Below are positions 11,201-23,994 of a stretch of DNA of 64,000 bases, in pieces. The notes beneath the pieces were generated by a model. That model was not told the origin of the DNA. It worked only from the letters and a program-made list of their open reading frames with translations, and did no database searches. This DNA is from Octopus sinensis (taxonomy: Eukaryota). Positions within the stretch are counted from its first letter, which is position 1; every line of letters starts with the position of its first letter. Made by a program: the position numbers and the translations under genes. The stretch covers positions 4,030,001 to 4,094,000 of the forward strand of contig NC_043009.1 in the NCBI RefSeq assembly GCF_006345805.1, read 5' to 3'.

Positions 11201-12180
11201 GGGTATGCGTGAGCTGTCGTAACATCACAAAATATGGTGGTTGTTTTGTAATGAAAATTATAAATTTATTCAAAAGTGGATTTTCAGCGTACAGCGTAAT
11301 TGCGCGATTGATTTTAGCGAATGAGGTACCATCTACGCAGTCACTCGACATCCTGGAAACAGCAGCTAGATCATACAAAAAAATTAATTCTACTATTGTA
11401 AATAAAGAACATATAATATGCCTGATACATCTAATCAGAGACAAAGCGGGATGGTGAAAGGCGGAAATCATCTGATTATGGATCTGGACGAACAAGACTG
11501 AATATACCTTGGTCTAAAGAACTACAATAACAAAATCAACTTCCCACTGCATCATTTGATTTTCTTTTTTCTTTTTCAAGTTCAGTTTAGTGAAATCGTT
11601 AACAGTTTCCTCAAATGGAACAAAGACAGAATTTGAAAGCCGATGATAAAGAGAAGGACAAGGAGAAGGCAGCTGTAAGATAAAGAAGTAGAAAAAGGAA
11701 CCCATAGAGAAAGAGAGAGAGAGGAGGGAAGAGAGATTGGAAAATAGTGAAAGAATGAGAGTAAGAAAAGGGAGATGGAGAGAGAGATAAGTAAAGTGCA
11801 AAGCAAGGTTAAATCACAAAGAGTGGCAGGAGAGACATCGTTAATATATAACAGCAAAGCAATAACACCAAACAGCTGTTGCCTTCACATAACATTTCAG
11901 CATGATGAATTGGTTAAGTCTTTTCGACATTAGAGCTGCAATAACGAGGTCGATCTCACTTGACAGTTTCCACATCATTTACTGCTGCTTTCTACTATTA
12001 TTACAACTGCTGCTAATAATAATGATAATAATAAAGCTACAATTATTATTATTTCTCTTTATCATATGTTTTGCTGGAATTCCTGGAGCCTTACATTCGT
12101 AGCGGGCTTGCTACCTGCAGCCTACGGTAGGTACCATGCTATCCATTCTTTTCAGATATCTAATACTTCCTTTATCATTA

Positions 12181-12692
12181 TAAGGCAGAAATTTGAGCAC
12201 GCTGGGCGAAATGCGTAGCCGTATTTCATCTGCCGTTACGTTCTGGGTTCAAATTCCGCCGAGATCAACTTTGCCTTTCATCCTTTCGGGGTCGATAAAT
12301 TAAGTAGCAGTTACGCATTGGGGTCGATGTAATCGACTTAATCCGTTTGTCTGTCCTTGTTTGTCCCCTCTGTGTTTAGCCCCTTGTGGGTAGTAAAGAA
12401 ATATATTATTATTACTATTATTATTATTATTATTGTTATTATTATTATTATCATTATTATTGTTGTCGTTTTTGTTGTTATTGTTATCATAAAGGCGGTG
12501 AGCTGGCAGAATCGTTACAGCGCCGGGCAATTTCGTCCGTCACTACGTTCTAAGTTCAAGTCCCGCCGAGGTCGACTTTGCCTTTCATCCTTTCGGTGTC
12601 GATAAATTAAGTACCAGTTACGCCCTGGGGTCGATGTAACCGACTAGTCCCCTCCCCACAAATGTCAGGTCCTGTGCCTATAGTAGAAAAGA
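12181..12692 (+). mobile_element. Two SINE family B copies separated by (ATT)n
   Basis: GCCTTTCATCCTTTCGG.GTCGATAAATTAAGTA.CAGTTACGC..TGGGGTCGATGTAA core in both. Confidence 0.9.
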
Positions 12693-12959
12693 TCATCATC
12701 ATCATCATTATTAGTATTATTATTATTATTGTTATTATTTTTATTGTTGTTGTTGTTGTTGTTGTTATTATTATTATCATCATTATTATTATTGTTGTTA
12801 TTTCATGAGAGTTTCTTTACTGCTGCATTACAGGTTACTTCACCGTTTACCGTTTCGCCAGTTGCATCTCCCTGCTCCTGGTGCGAGCACGTAGCTTTTT
12901 CTCAATAGGCGTGCAACATTGTGTTTTTGTTTGTTACATCTGCTTTGCTTAGTTGCCTT

Positions 12960-12996
<37 letters not shown>

Positions 12997-13279
12997 TGTA
13001 AATGCTTTAGGTGTTATTTCACTGCTTTGATTGTTAGTCTGTTTTGTAGAATATCTCCTACGTTTACTTGTATCGCATTGTTGGGCGTCGACTGTGTTAG
13101 GTACGTTTATTGCGATGTGTGAGGTTTGAATATATGCTGGGATGAATACGTGCTGTGATGGCTGATTTATATGATTTGATGACAGTTGTGTAGTATAAAA
13201 GGCATGTTGTTGTTGTTGTCTTCTTCTTCTTCTTCCAATCAGGACGCACACCATTAGCTCCAAAGTATAATCTCTAATT

Positions 13280-13694
13280 CGAGCCTACTCTAAGCTACTA
13301 AGAATGCGTGTGGCAACCTGAAGATCCACCCACCACATGCGATAAACTGGCGGTTGCACGGGCGCGAAAGCTACGTTGTTATCTTCATTCCGTAAACGGT
13401 GGCTTTTTAACGGGTGGAGAGCCAAACCATCCTGGGGTACAGAAGATTCGCAATCTAGACTATGGTTTGAAAGTTTACCACACCATAGTGGGTTACACCA
13501 TGGTTCCTCTGCTTTGTGGCAGATGAAAAGGTGAGATAAAGTGTTGGTGAAAGTGTACAGCGGGGTTCACCACCCTCCCCCGCCGGAGCATCGTGGAGCT
13601 TAAGTGTTATACTCAATAAACACTCACAATGCCCAGACCTGGAATCTTACGACCGCGAGTCTGCTGGCCTAACCACTGGGCTATTACGCCTCCA
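13280..13694 (-). mobile_element. tRNA-derived SINE family D head with an alternative tail
   Basis: 13530-13694 aligns to 14790-14970; the sequence beyond differs. Confidence 0.7.
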
Positions 13695-14093
13695 TTGTTG
13701 TTGCTGTTGTTATTGTTATAGTGTGTGTGATGTTTTGCATTACCGGGTGTCGATTGCGTAAAATAATGCTCATTGCATAGTGCGTGTGTAGAGTGAGTTC
13801 ACGTTGTGCGGTTTGTATTTTATTACAGGGTAGTTCTTTCTTCTACTCCTACTTCTCCTCCTCCACCTTTGTGCCTTTGTAAGACATTATTACCATCGTC
13901 CAACCTGGTTTTGGTTGCTAATTCAAAGTCAATCCTCGGACAATTCTATAAAAGAATTATGCTGCTTCGTTGATTTTATTTTGGATATTTTACTCTTTTA
14001 CACGCTGTAGATCCCCGCTGTATCATTGCATATTCTATGTATTTCTTTAGACCCCATGAACAATAAAAGGAATCAATATTGTTTGCATTACAA

Positions 14094-14520
14094 AGACGAC
14101 CAGCTGGCAGAATCTTTAGCATGCCGGGCAAAAGGCGCAGGAGTATTTCGTCCGTCTTTACGTTTTGAGTTCAAATTCCACCGAGGTCGACTTTGCCTTT
14201 TATTCTTTCAAGATCGATAAAAAAAAGTACCAGGTGAGTACTGGAGTCGATGTAATCGACTATCCCCCTCTCCCAAATTTCAGGCTTTGTGCCTACTGTA
14301 GAAAGGATTATAAGGCGGTGAGCTGGCCGAATCTTTAGTACGCCGGACAAAATGCTCAACCTCACTTCGTCCGTCTTTACGTTGAGTTCAAATCCGCCGT
14401 GGTTGCCTTCAGTTGTCACACTTTAGGACCCGATGAAATCAGTTGAACACTAGGGTCAACGTAATCAAATAACCCAATCAAAAAAAAAAATTCAGGCTTG
14501 TAGCTATATTAGAAAGAATT
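14094..14520 (+). mobile_element. Two tandem SINE family B copies
   Basis: Heads AGCTGGCAGAATCTTTAG / GAGCTGGCCGAATCTTTAG; tails CAGGCTT..TAGAAAG.ATTATAA. Confidence 0.85.
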
Positions 14521-14585
14521 ATAAATGTTATTGTTGCTGATATTATCGTCGTTATTAATAATTGTATTTAAATTTGTTCAGTTCA

Positions 14586-14970
14586 GTTGTTGGCACTCCG
14601 TCGGTTATGACGACGAGGGTTCCAGTTGATCCAATCAATGGAACAGTTTGCTCGTGAAATTAACGTGCAGGTGGCGGAGGACTCCACAGAAACGTGTACC
14701 CTTAACGTAATTCTCGGTGAGTTTCAGCGTGACACGGAGTATGACATGGCTGGCCCATTGAAATACAAGTACAACAGAAACAGGAAGAAAGAGTGAGAGA
14801 AAATTGTGGTGTCAGGGTACAGCAGGGACCGCTACCAACCCCTGCCGGAGCCTCGTGGAGCTTTACGTGTTTTCGTTCAATAAATACTTACAACGCCCAG
14901 TCTGGGAATCGAAACCGCGATCTTAAGACTGCGAGTTCGCTGCCCTAACCACTGGACCATTCGGCCTCCA
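14586..14970 (-). mobile_element. Full-length tRNA-derived SINE family D (Ceph-SINE-like)
   Basis: Minus head TGGAGGCCGAATGGTCCAGTGGTTAGGGCAGCG...GGTTTCGATTCCCAGAC (A and B boxes); tail ...TCAACTGGAACCCTCGTCGTC.TAACCGACGGAGTGCCAACAAC. Superfamily assignment is from memory. Confidence 0.8.
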
Positions 14971-16644
14971 CTAAATTTGTTCAAACGTTTCATAACTTAG
15001 CAACATCAATTCTATTTTTCAAGTGTAACTGAAAACATCAACTTTGTTTTGTATAGTTCAGACCAATCTTAATATTGCACATTTTGGTATTTCTACCCAG
15101 AACCGAACCGAAAGGGTCGACATTGATTTTGTTGTCCCCATTTTATTTTATTTCTAAGTCCAAGCTTAAAATGCTTTCATGATTTACAGGAAAATAGAGG
15201 ATCAGAAAAAGTCAACAAATGACCAAACAAATGAATTCTTTCTCGTCTGCAGGTTCGTAACTCTAAATATTTCAAGTCTTCATAACAGTTACGTCCTATC
15301 TAAATTATCGGGTATTTTACATTTTTTCCTTCCAATCAATTCTTTAAACATCTTTTAGCCTGACCTAATGGTTGGGGGGGGGGTTGCACAAACGATCGCC
15401 AGCGCGTGGTTTCGACTGTCGAACCGGGCGGCGTGTTGTGTTCTTGAGCAAAACATCTCATTTCATGTTGCTTTAGTGCCGTATAGGGACCGGTATACCA
15501 AAGAATACTAAGAAAACGAAAAGTGGTGGGTGAAGAAAAAGAATGTCTCAGCAGAAGCAGAATAAATATTTCTCCCTCTGAATGTAAAGTGAAAAAAAAA
15601 ACCTATAAAGGTTAAAAGGAGCAGAGCAATGACGGTAAAATGTCAGGTTTATTCAAAATATAAAGCAATCCTTCCCAAAAGAATCAAAGAGCTGAGAAGC
15701 GAAAGAGAGGACGAATTAGTACGTAGAGAAGGCGAAATATAACCAGTGTACCGGAGATTTACAATACATTTGGTAAAAAAAATGCTACGGCAAATTGTTA
15801 CCGTTTGAAACCGGAATAACTGGTTTGAAGAATCGTGGCGTGGCGAGTGCTCTGACCCGACCAACCAGGTAGATACAGAACTAGGTGACAATAAGTTACT
15901 CACGGTATGTCATTTCGTACTCACTAATAATTTGTTTTTATTTCATATGTATTTCTTTATAGTTATATTTTTACAGGTCTTTTTGATTTCTAAAATTTTG
16001 ACATGTTTATATGTATAAATGCTCTTGACACATTCCTCTTGTTTTTATATATAATTTTATCTTAACATGCCACACGCGCTTTTATCTATTACTAGACATA
16101 AGTTTCATAAACTACAAAATATAAATATCCACACTATCGCACTTGAAACGTACCTGTTATAACACTTTATCGCGATTTGAATGTACGTGAAGGGATTTAG
16201 AATGCCCAAACTTATTTCTGAAAATGTCCTAAACACTGATGCTGATCATAGTTTAATCAAGAAGCGAAGGAGCGAGGTTGGTAAATGCACTAAAAATAGA
16301 GGGGTCAGTGATACCACATTTAAGTGGCACTTCAAGAATTGAATCTCCTTATGATACCCTCTAGGAGTTCATGGTGTGAAATTCATTACCATTGCTCCTA
16401 TCAGGTCGCCAATGCCATGTATTTAGTTTAAAATACAGTAAAAATAGCGGGGGCTCAGTTGGGCCCCAATTAAGCGGCCCTTAAAAAGTAGACCCTCTTA
16501 GGACATTCCCTGGGATTAGGGGAGTTGTTGGTTTGAGTTTCGTTGCCCTTGCACCAACGGTCTAGGAGGAATTAACGAACATAAAAACGTAACGGACAGC
16601 GAAACCTCATTCTATTTTATAACCGAAATATTATTTGTAAACAA

Positions 16645-17680
16645 AAGGCTGTGAGCTGGCAGACACATTAGCACGCCAGACAAAATCTTTGGTATTTCGT
16701 CCGTCTATAGGTTTTAGGTTCAAATGCCGCTGAGGTCGACTTAGCCTTTCATCCTTTCTGGGCGATAAAATAAGTATTAATCGAGAAGTGGGATCGATGT
16801 AATTGACTTACCCACTCCCTAAAAATTGCTGGCCGCGTGTCAAAAATTTGAAACTATTATTTACAGAGCCCAGTGTTTGTCTCTAATATATGTATTAAGG
16901 CAGCGAGCTGGCAGAATCGTTAGCACACCGGGCGAAATGCTTAGCGGTATTTCGTCTGCCGTTACGTTCTGAGTTCAAATTCCGACGAGGCCGACTTTGC
17001 CTTTCATCCTTTCGGGGCCGATTAAATAAGTACCAGTTACGCACCGGGGTCGATATAATCGACTTAATCCGTTTGTCTGTCCTTTCTGTGTTTAGCCCCT
17101 TGTGGGCAGTAAAGAAATAGGTATTTCGTCTGCCGTTACGTTCTGAGTTCTAATTTCGCCGAGGTTGACTTTGCCTTTCATCCTTTCGGGGTCGATAAAT
17201 TAAGTACCAGTTACGCACTGGGGTCGATGTAATCGACTTAATCCGCTTGTCTGTTCTTGTTTGTCCCCTCTGTGTTTAGCCCCTTGTGATCAATAAAGAA
17301 ATAGGTATTTCGTCTGTCTTTACTTTCGGAGTTCAAATTCCGCCGAGGTCGACTTTGCCTTTCATCCTTTCGGGGTCTATAAATTAAGTACCAGTTGCGC
17401 ACTGGGTCGATCTAATTGATTCCAACCCACCTAGAATTTCGGGCCTTGTGCCTAGAGTAGAAAAGAATACATTATATGTATACGTGTATTGACATTCTGT
17501 GACTCAGGAAGAATTATTTTACTTTCCATTCTGAATTGAAATCCTGCCAATGTTAACTTTGACTTTAATGCCTCGTGGGTCAATAAATAAATCGTACCAG
17601 TCAAGTACTGGAGTCCATACAATTCACTGTTCTTTTACACAAAAATTCCGGCCATTTGTGTATTTTAGAAACGATTGTTA
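16645..17680 (+). mobile_element. SINE family B cluster including a head-(unit)x3-tail multimer at 16897-17468
   Basis: GGTATTTCGTCTG unit starts at 16946, 17120 and 17304. Confidence 0.9.
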
Positions 17681-18348
17681 TTATTATTATGGTTTTATCA
17701 AAGAAAGCAATGTCTTGAAGCAAATCATTTATATACGCTGTTATAATATTTGTTTTCTATAACAGAAGTTTAGTTGTTATATTTATGCAACTGTTATTGT
17801 ATCATGGAATAAGGAGGAGAGTTTATTTGTTATATAGATCTTCCCCGTTTATGTGAAGAAATACTGTTAATTGTTATAGGTTTCTGCTTCCAAGGTAGAT
17901 ATTTCTTTTCAAAATGGATTCTCTTCTGTCGTGACGAAGAATTGAATCCTATAGCAATGGTAGCTGACTTTTCTCTTTTGGAATAGGCGGGAAAGAAAAT
18001 ACGAGTCTTTTGAGTATTGTGAATATTCGTTCAAATAGTATCAATAATTCTAACGTGAACAACAACAACAGCAACATCGACGATAACAATAACATGAGCA
18101 ATTCTGACAATACAAAGAACAATATCGATTACAGAGTAATGCAAACATTTATGATAATGCCACGTAACAAGAACAACAACAGCAATCACAGTAGTGACAG
18201 CGAAGACAGCAAGCAGCATGAAAACGAATCGGTGGAGAGGGAAGCTGTACGTCTCCATCAGAGGTTCTGGAAGTCTTTAGGAGTACGCAAGAAAAAATGC
18301 TGGGGCACATGCACTTTCCGGTTCAGTTCTAGATATTTAGGTGTAGGA

Positions 18349-18938
18349 GGGGCTGTGTGGTAAGTGTTTTCTACTATAACCTCGAGCTGACCAAAGCCTT
18401 GTGAGTGGATTTGGTAGACGGAAACTGAAAGAAGCCCGTCGTATATATATATATATATATCTTTACTACCCACAAGGGGCTAAACACAGAAGGGACAAAC
18501 AAGGACAGACAAGCGGATTAAGTCAATTACATCGACCCCAGTGCGTAACTGGTACTTAATTTATCGACCCCGAAAGGATGAAAGGCAAAGTCGACCTCGG
18601 CGGAATTTGAACTCAGAACGTAGCGGCAGACGAAATACGGCTACGCATTTCACCCGGCGTGCTAGCGTTTCTACCAGCTCGCTGTCTTTGTGTGAGTATA
18701 TATATATATATGTATATATATATATAGTGTGTGTGTGTGTGTCTGTGTTTTCCCCCCCCTCCAACATTCCTTTACAACCGATGCTGGTGTGTTCACGTCC
18801 CCGTAACTTAGCGGTTCGGCAAAAGAGACCGATAGAATAAGTACTATGCTTACAAAGAAAAGTCCTTGGGGCAATTTGCTCGACTAAAGGCGGTGCTCCA
18901 GCATGGCCACAGTCAAATTACTGAAACAAGTAAAAGAG
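18349..18938 (+). mobile_element. SINE family A with a minus-strand family B copy (18461-18683) nested in its (TA)n
   Basis: Family A 5' half ends GAAGCCCGTCG(TA)n; family B reverse complement follows; family A 3' half resumes. Confidence 0.88.
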
Positions 18939-19366
18939 TTCTGAGTGCAAATTTTAACATGATTAATTTTTTGCTTTTCATCCTTCTGCGGTAGTTAGAA
19001 AAGAAGAAGAAAAAAGCAACAGCCATGCATCAAGGTATCTGTATAAGGAATTGTTTCCCGCCTACAAAATTTCCAGCTTCATGTCTATTTAAGAAATAAT
19101 AATTAGCATTGTTGAAGAAAATGAATGTAAAAAGATTAGTTGAGTGACGAAAAAAATATCCTGTATTTAGAGATAAACTTGGACGTTCTGAGTTCAAGTC
19201 CTGCTGAACTCGCATCCATATTTTTTCTAGTCTTTTTTTTTTTTTTTTTGTATCAGGGCTTGAAGACAGAAGAATAAATTATAGCCAATCACTGTGGTTA
19301 CCTAAAAATTAAACATTAAGTTTCTACATGTATTAGATTTAACTGTTTTTAATACGGAAGGAGCTA

Positions 19367-20647
19367 CGAGGGGCGTTCAATAAGTAATGCCCCTGATCCA
19401 CTTGAAGTTGTTCGATCTAGCTGAAATTTTGCATGTGCAATTACTTATATCTCTATAGATTAAGTGACAAATTACAGCTCTAAACTAATTGTGGTTTCTG
19501 ATTTACAGGTGTTTGAACTGAGTCAAGTGTGAAATGGAGTCTGTTGAATGTCGAGCAGTGATCCGGTTTTTGTATTTGAAAGGACGCACACCACGGGAGA
19601 CTTTTGATGAAATGAAAGTAACTTATTGTGATAATGCCCCATCATATGACCTTGTAAAACGCTGGCATCGTGAATTCAAACATGGTTGGAACTCTGTGGA
19701 AACAGCTCCCAGATCTGGTCGCCCCCTTCTGCCATTGATGAGGCATCTGTCCGTCAAGTTGAGGCTGCCATTTTGGAAGATCGACGCATAACTATTCGCG
19801 AAATAGCCCATGAGGTCAAGATTAGTACCGGGTCTGTGGAAACTATCATTCATGACCATTTGCATATGCAAAAGGTGTCTGCCAGATGGATTCCCAGGTT
19901 GCTCACATCTTTCCAGAAGCAAGAACGCGTCGATTGATTTTGGAGATGTGCCAAGAAGATGAGTCAAAATTTTTCAAAAGACTGATTACACAGGATGAAA
20001 CCTGGGTCCATCACTATGATCCAGAGACCAAAGCCCAGTCAATGCAGTGGAAGCACCGTGACTCCCCTCCTCCAAAGAAGGCAAGGGTGCAGCCCTCCGC
20101 TGGCAAGGTCATGCTCACAGTCTTCTGGGACCAGGACGAAGTAGTGATGACAGATTTCCTGGCAAATGGTGCCACAATTACAGGAGCCTATTATGCTTCA
20201 CTTTTGAGGAAATTAAGGGAAGCTATCAAAATCAAGAGGCGGGGCAAGATCAGCAAAGGCATCCTCCTCCTGCAGGACAACGCTCTGGTCCACAACTCGC
20301 GTGTCGCCAGATCAGAAGCACAGGCGTGCGGCTATGAACTCCTCCCCCATCCCCCTACTCTTCTGACCTTGCACCTTCTGATTTTCACCTCTTCCCAGCC
20401 ATGAAGTTGTTTTTGAAAGGAAAACGTTTCCCAGATGATGCAGCCTTGATTTCTGAAGTCACGTCGTGGCTGGAGGACCAAGCTGGTGTCTTCTACAGAA
20501 ACGGTCTTCAGAGCTGCATCAAACGATGGGAGAAATGCGTAACTCTGGGTGGTTCCTATGTAGAAAAAGACTAATAACTGTGACAAGTTTGGTTGCTCTA
20601 CTGCTATGGGAAGTGGGTCAGAGGCATTACTTATTGAACGCCCCTCG
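19367..20647 (+). mobile_element. Full-length mariner transposon (1281 bp), irritans-like TIRs
   Basis: 37-bp TIRs CGAGGGGCGTTCAATAAGTAATGCC(C/T)CTGA(T/C)CCACTT with 2 mismatches; TA duplications at 19365-19366 and 20648-20649. Confidence 0.97.
19534..20574 (+). pseudogene. Mariner DD34D transposase pseudogene (three frameshifts)
   Basis: N-terminal HTH and RSGRP, WIPRLL (WVPHEL-like), TQDETW, LLQDNA, HPP/YSSDLAPSDFHLF, KRWEKCV..GSYVE*; 34 residues between the 2nd and 3rd Asp. Confidence 0.95.
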
Positions 20648-20904
20648 TATAAGTTTTTTTTCTGTAATACCGTACGTATTTGGTTCAGAGAAGAGCTAGA
20701 GAGGTTTTCATTCTGGCGAGACATCGAGGGACATCTGTAGATGAACCAACGACATACTAGAAATTACAGCTCAATCACTCTCAATTCACACGCAATACTA
20801 TATTTAAAATGGGTTACACATTGGCATCATTATAATCACTGCTGAGAAATAGACTTTATATGAAACGGAAGATGATTGCTGCGTAAAATAAGAGTACAAT
20901 ATTG

Positions 20905-21105
20905 GTTTAAAATTTTGGCACAAGGCAAGTGATTACATTGATTATAAGTCGATTACATTGACACCAATATTCAACTGGTACTTATTTTATCGATCCCAAA
21001 AGGATGAAAGGCAAAGTTGACCATGGCGGAATTGAAACTCAGAACGTAGACTGACGAAATAGTGGTAAGAATTTTGCCAGGCGTGGTAACGATTCTGCCA
21101 GCTGG
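20905..21105 (-). mobile_element. SINE family B
   Basis: AAATTTTGGCACAAGGC...TTTTATCGATCCCAAAAGGATGAAAGGCAAAG...AACGATTCTGCCAGCT. Confidence 0.85.
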
Positions 21106-22429
21106 CGAGATGAACCGCAGCAATCTCAAAGCGGTCGATCGTCCATCATTAATAAGACCCAGGAAGGTCGGAATCACGGGATTCTGTGGCCTCGATGCTA
21201 GAGGTGGCGGGAATTTATCTCTCCTCTAGCGATACAAACAAGAGTTTCCTTTGCAACATACCAATTTGAGATTTTCTCTCGTGGTATCTATTGAACTATA
21301 GTTTGTTCTGAGAGAACATCCATGTTTAACGGATGATAAATATTACCGCTCGGTGTTAATACAGCCTCTGTCGCTAATATCTATCTATCTATCTATCTAT
21401 CTAACTAGCTGGTTGCCTATCTGTCTATCTAACCACCTGGTTGCCTATCTGTCTATCTATCTGTGGCTAATAAAGGAACATGTCTATCTAAAGAAACATA
21501 CTTCTGTGTGTGTGTGTGTTGTGTGTGTGTGTGTGTGTGCGCGCATATACACACACATATTCACTTTCGTATTCAAAAGGTGATTATCACTTGATTGGGC
21601 ACTTCCATAGCGTATTAACTTTCACACGGAATGATTATGAGTGTACGTCTGTACATGGGTCTGTTTACCCCCCCTCTCCCACTCACCACTCACTCACTCA
21701 CTCACTCACTCTCTCTCTCTCTTCCTGTCTCTCTCAGCATGTTTCTCATATGACTCCATGTCCACTCTACCATAACGTATCACCTTTCAAAGACTGGCTA
21801 CTTCCATGTCATGCTTCAGATCACAGCAGATATGCTGTATGGCTGCTATCAACAGTTGGTTGCTATAAGCTGAAGTATAGCCGAACTTCGTATGCCGTCG
21901 GGTAACTATCAGAACAGAAGTTAGTTATATATTCCCTTATCTGATTGAAAACAGACAGGTGGTGTTGAAAAAGAGGGACAGGTAGATGTGTAAAGGTTTT
22001 TTATTCGGTTTTAAACTTCGTACTAGGATTTATTGACAATTAAGTTTATTTACTTTCTATTCGTTTCTTAACTTTTTTTTAAGTGCATCATGTGAAATTC
22101 ATAAAAATAAGGATTTCGAAAAATAGTCAGTCACCTACATACTAAAACACGCATACACAAACAAACATCAGTATATCCAAATGTATATATGTATGTGAGA
22201 GTATGAGCGTATATGTTTGTATGATATCGCCGTTATATATGAATATATACACACACACACACTGATATATATATATACAACTTATAAATAAGGGCAAGCG
22301 AAAAAATTTCTAACGCCGAATATGCCGAAATTAGACACGTTGGCTATAACCATTATAATTTTTTTACAATACGCACGCTACTCAAAAGAGGCTGACAGAA
22401 ATTTCTAAAAAATTCCATTATTACCATCA

Positions 22430-22482
22430 TATCGGAACGATTTCAGGGTTAGTTCGTAAGAACCCTCCCTTCGTCAGTGACA
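22430..22482 (-). ncRNA. Hammerhead ribozyme motif in a repeat-like island (about 22280-22485)
   Basis: TGTCA-CTGACGA-AGGG-agg-GTTC-ttac-GAAC-taa-CCCT-GAAA-TCGT-TC-CGATA. Confidence 0.65.
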
Positions 22483-22483
22483 C

Positions 22484-22545
<62 letters not shown>

Positions 22546-23144
22546 CAATCAGATTTTATTTGCATCACAAAGACTATAAGTGCATAATTGTTGTGACAGA
22601 TAAAGAAATATAAAAGCAAACGATACATAGAGATGTTTGCGCGCACACATGAAACCTGAATACTACGAGACAAGGGTGCGAATAGAATAAATTATATACG
22701 TGGTAACTACCGTTTAGTGAAAATTATTTTTATAAGTTAAGATATGCATACATACATAGATAGATAGTTGGCTTCCTTGATCTCTAATACACTTATTGCG
22801 GATACCTGGGTGCTCAATAGATTTAATTAAACAAGATTTTAACTGTCTTAAGGAGGGCTTAAACGTTGTTGGACAAAATTAAATTAGTGTTATGTTATTG
22901 AATTCATAGAACACTAAAATGCTAGCTTGTAATGAATATGCAGCAAGGAATATATATTCATCTATATATAACAAAATAATAAATAAAACATATGCATATA
23001 TATATATACATACCTACATCTATATGTATATACACATACACCAAAAAAACGTCGAACACAATGAGAAACACAAAACCAAGGAGTTTTATCTTAATATTGA
23101 TAATGATGCGCACTCTTAACCTTTCTGTCCCCCTCCCTCTCTCA

Positions 23145-23511
23145 TCAAACAAGAACATGCCTTCCTTCTTGCAGCTACAACGGACAGAAAGAAAGAAACA
23201 TGAGTTAGGAGGAAAAAGAAATATGGCCGTTGGTCACATGAGAGTCACATCAGCAAAGGAGGAGGAATTGAGGGCGAGAGAGTGACAGACTAATAGGATA
23301 GAATAGTGCGAGAAGAGGAGGGAAGAGAATAAGAGAGAGAAAGAGAGAAAATGAAAGAGTAAAAAGATCGTATATAGTGCGCATCAGAATTATTAAAATA
23401 AAACTTGGAAGAGGATGCCTGGCGTTCAATCATATAATAATATAAATAATATATATATATATACACATGTATATGTACATACTTACAAGTATATGTGTAT
23501 GTGTGTATGTG

Positions 23512-23599
<88 letters not shown>

Positions 23600-23669
23600 A
23601 CACAGACAAGAAGCCCAATTTTAAAATATACTATCTAAAACTGTTTTCTAAAAAGTCGGCCATTACCTT

Positions 23670-23701
<32 letters not shown>

Positions 23702-23889
23702 GAGGCTGTGGTGGCGAACGCGTAAATCAAGCTAGGCCAGGAGACTCTTCCCACTATTCAATCCTATTACTATGTCAGTCTCTCTCCCTCACTCATCCTC
23801 CCTTGCTCATGTGGCTCCCACGTGACCACCGGCCTTTCTTTCTTTTCTCTCCGTTGTAGCTTGAACAAGGACAACGTGTTGTTGTTTGA
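23145..23889. repeat. Inverted pair of a diverged ~150-170 bp repeat (23145-23317 and 23745-23889)
   Basis: AGCTACAACGGA, GGCCG.TGGTCAC.TG.GAG.CACAT.AGCAA.GGAGGA and TAATAGGAT.GAATAGTG appear in reverse complement in the second arm. Confidence 0.8.
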
Positions 23890-23994
23890 AGGAATGAAAT
23901 ACTAACCGAGATATTTGTTGTTTAGAAGACTCTTAATGGGCTACCAATTGCTTCTTATGATCTTACATTATTTGAATATTCACCTTCCAGCATG

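Noticed and set aside
15474-16481. Possible hAT remnant (AEKRK-like peptide, GC-rich ends)
   Set aside because: No convincing TIR pair, 8-bp TSD or catalytic motif.
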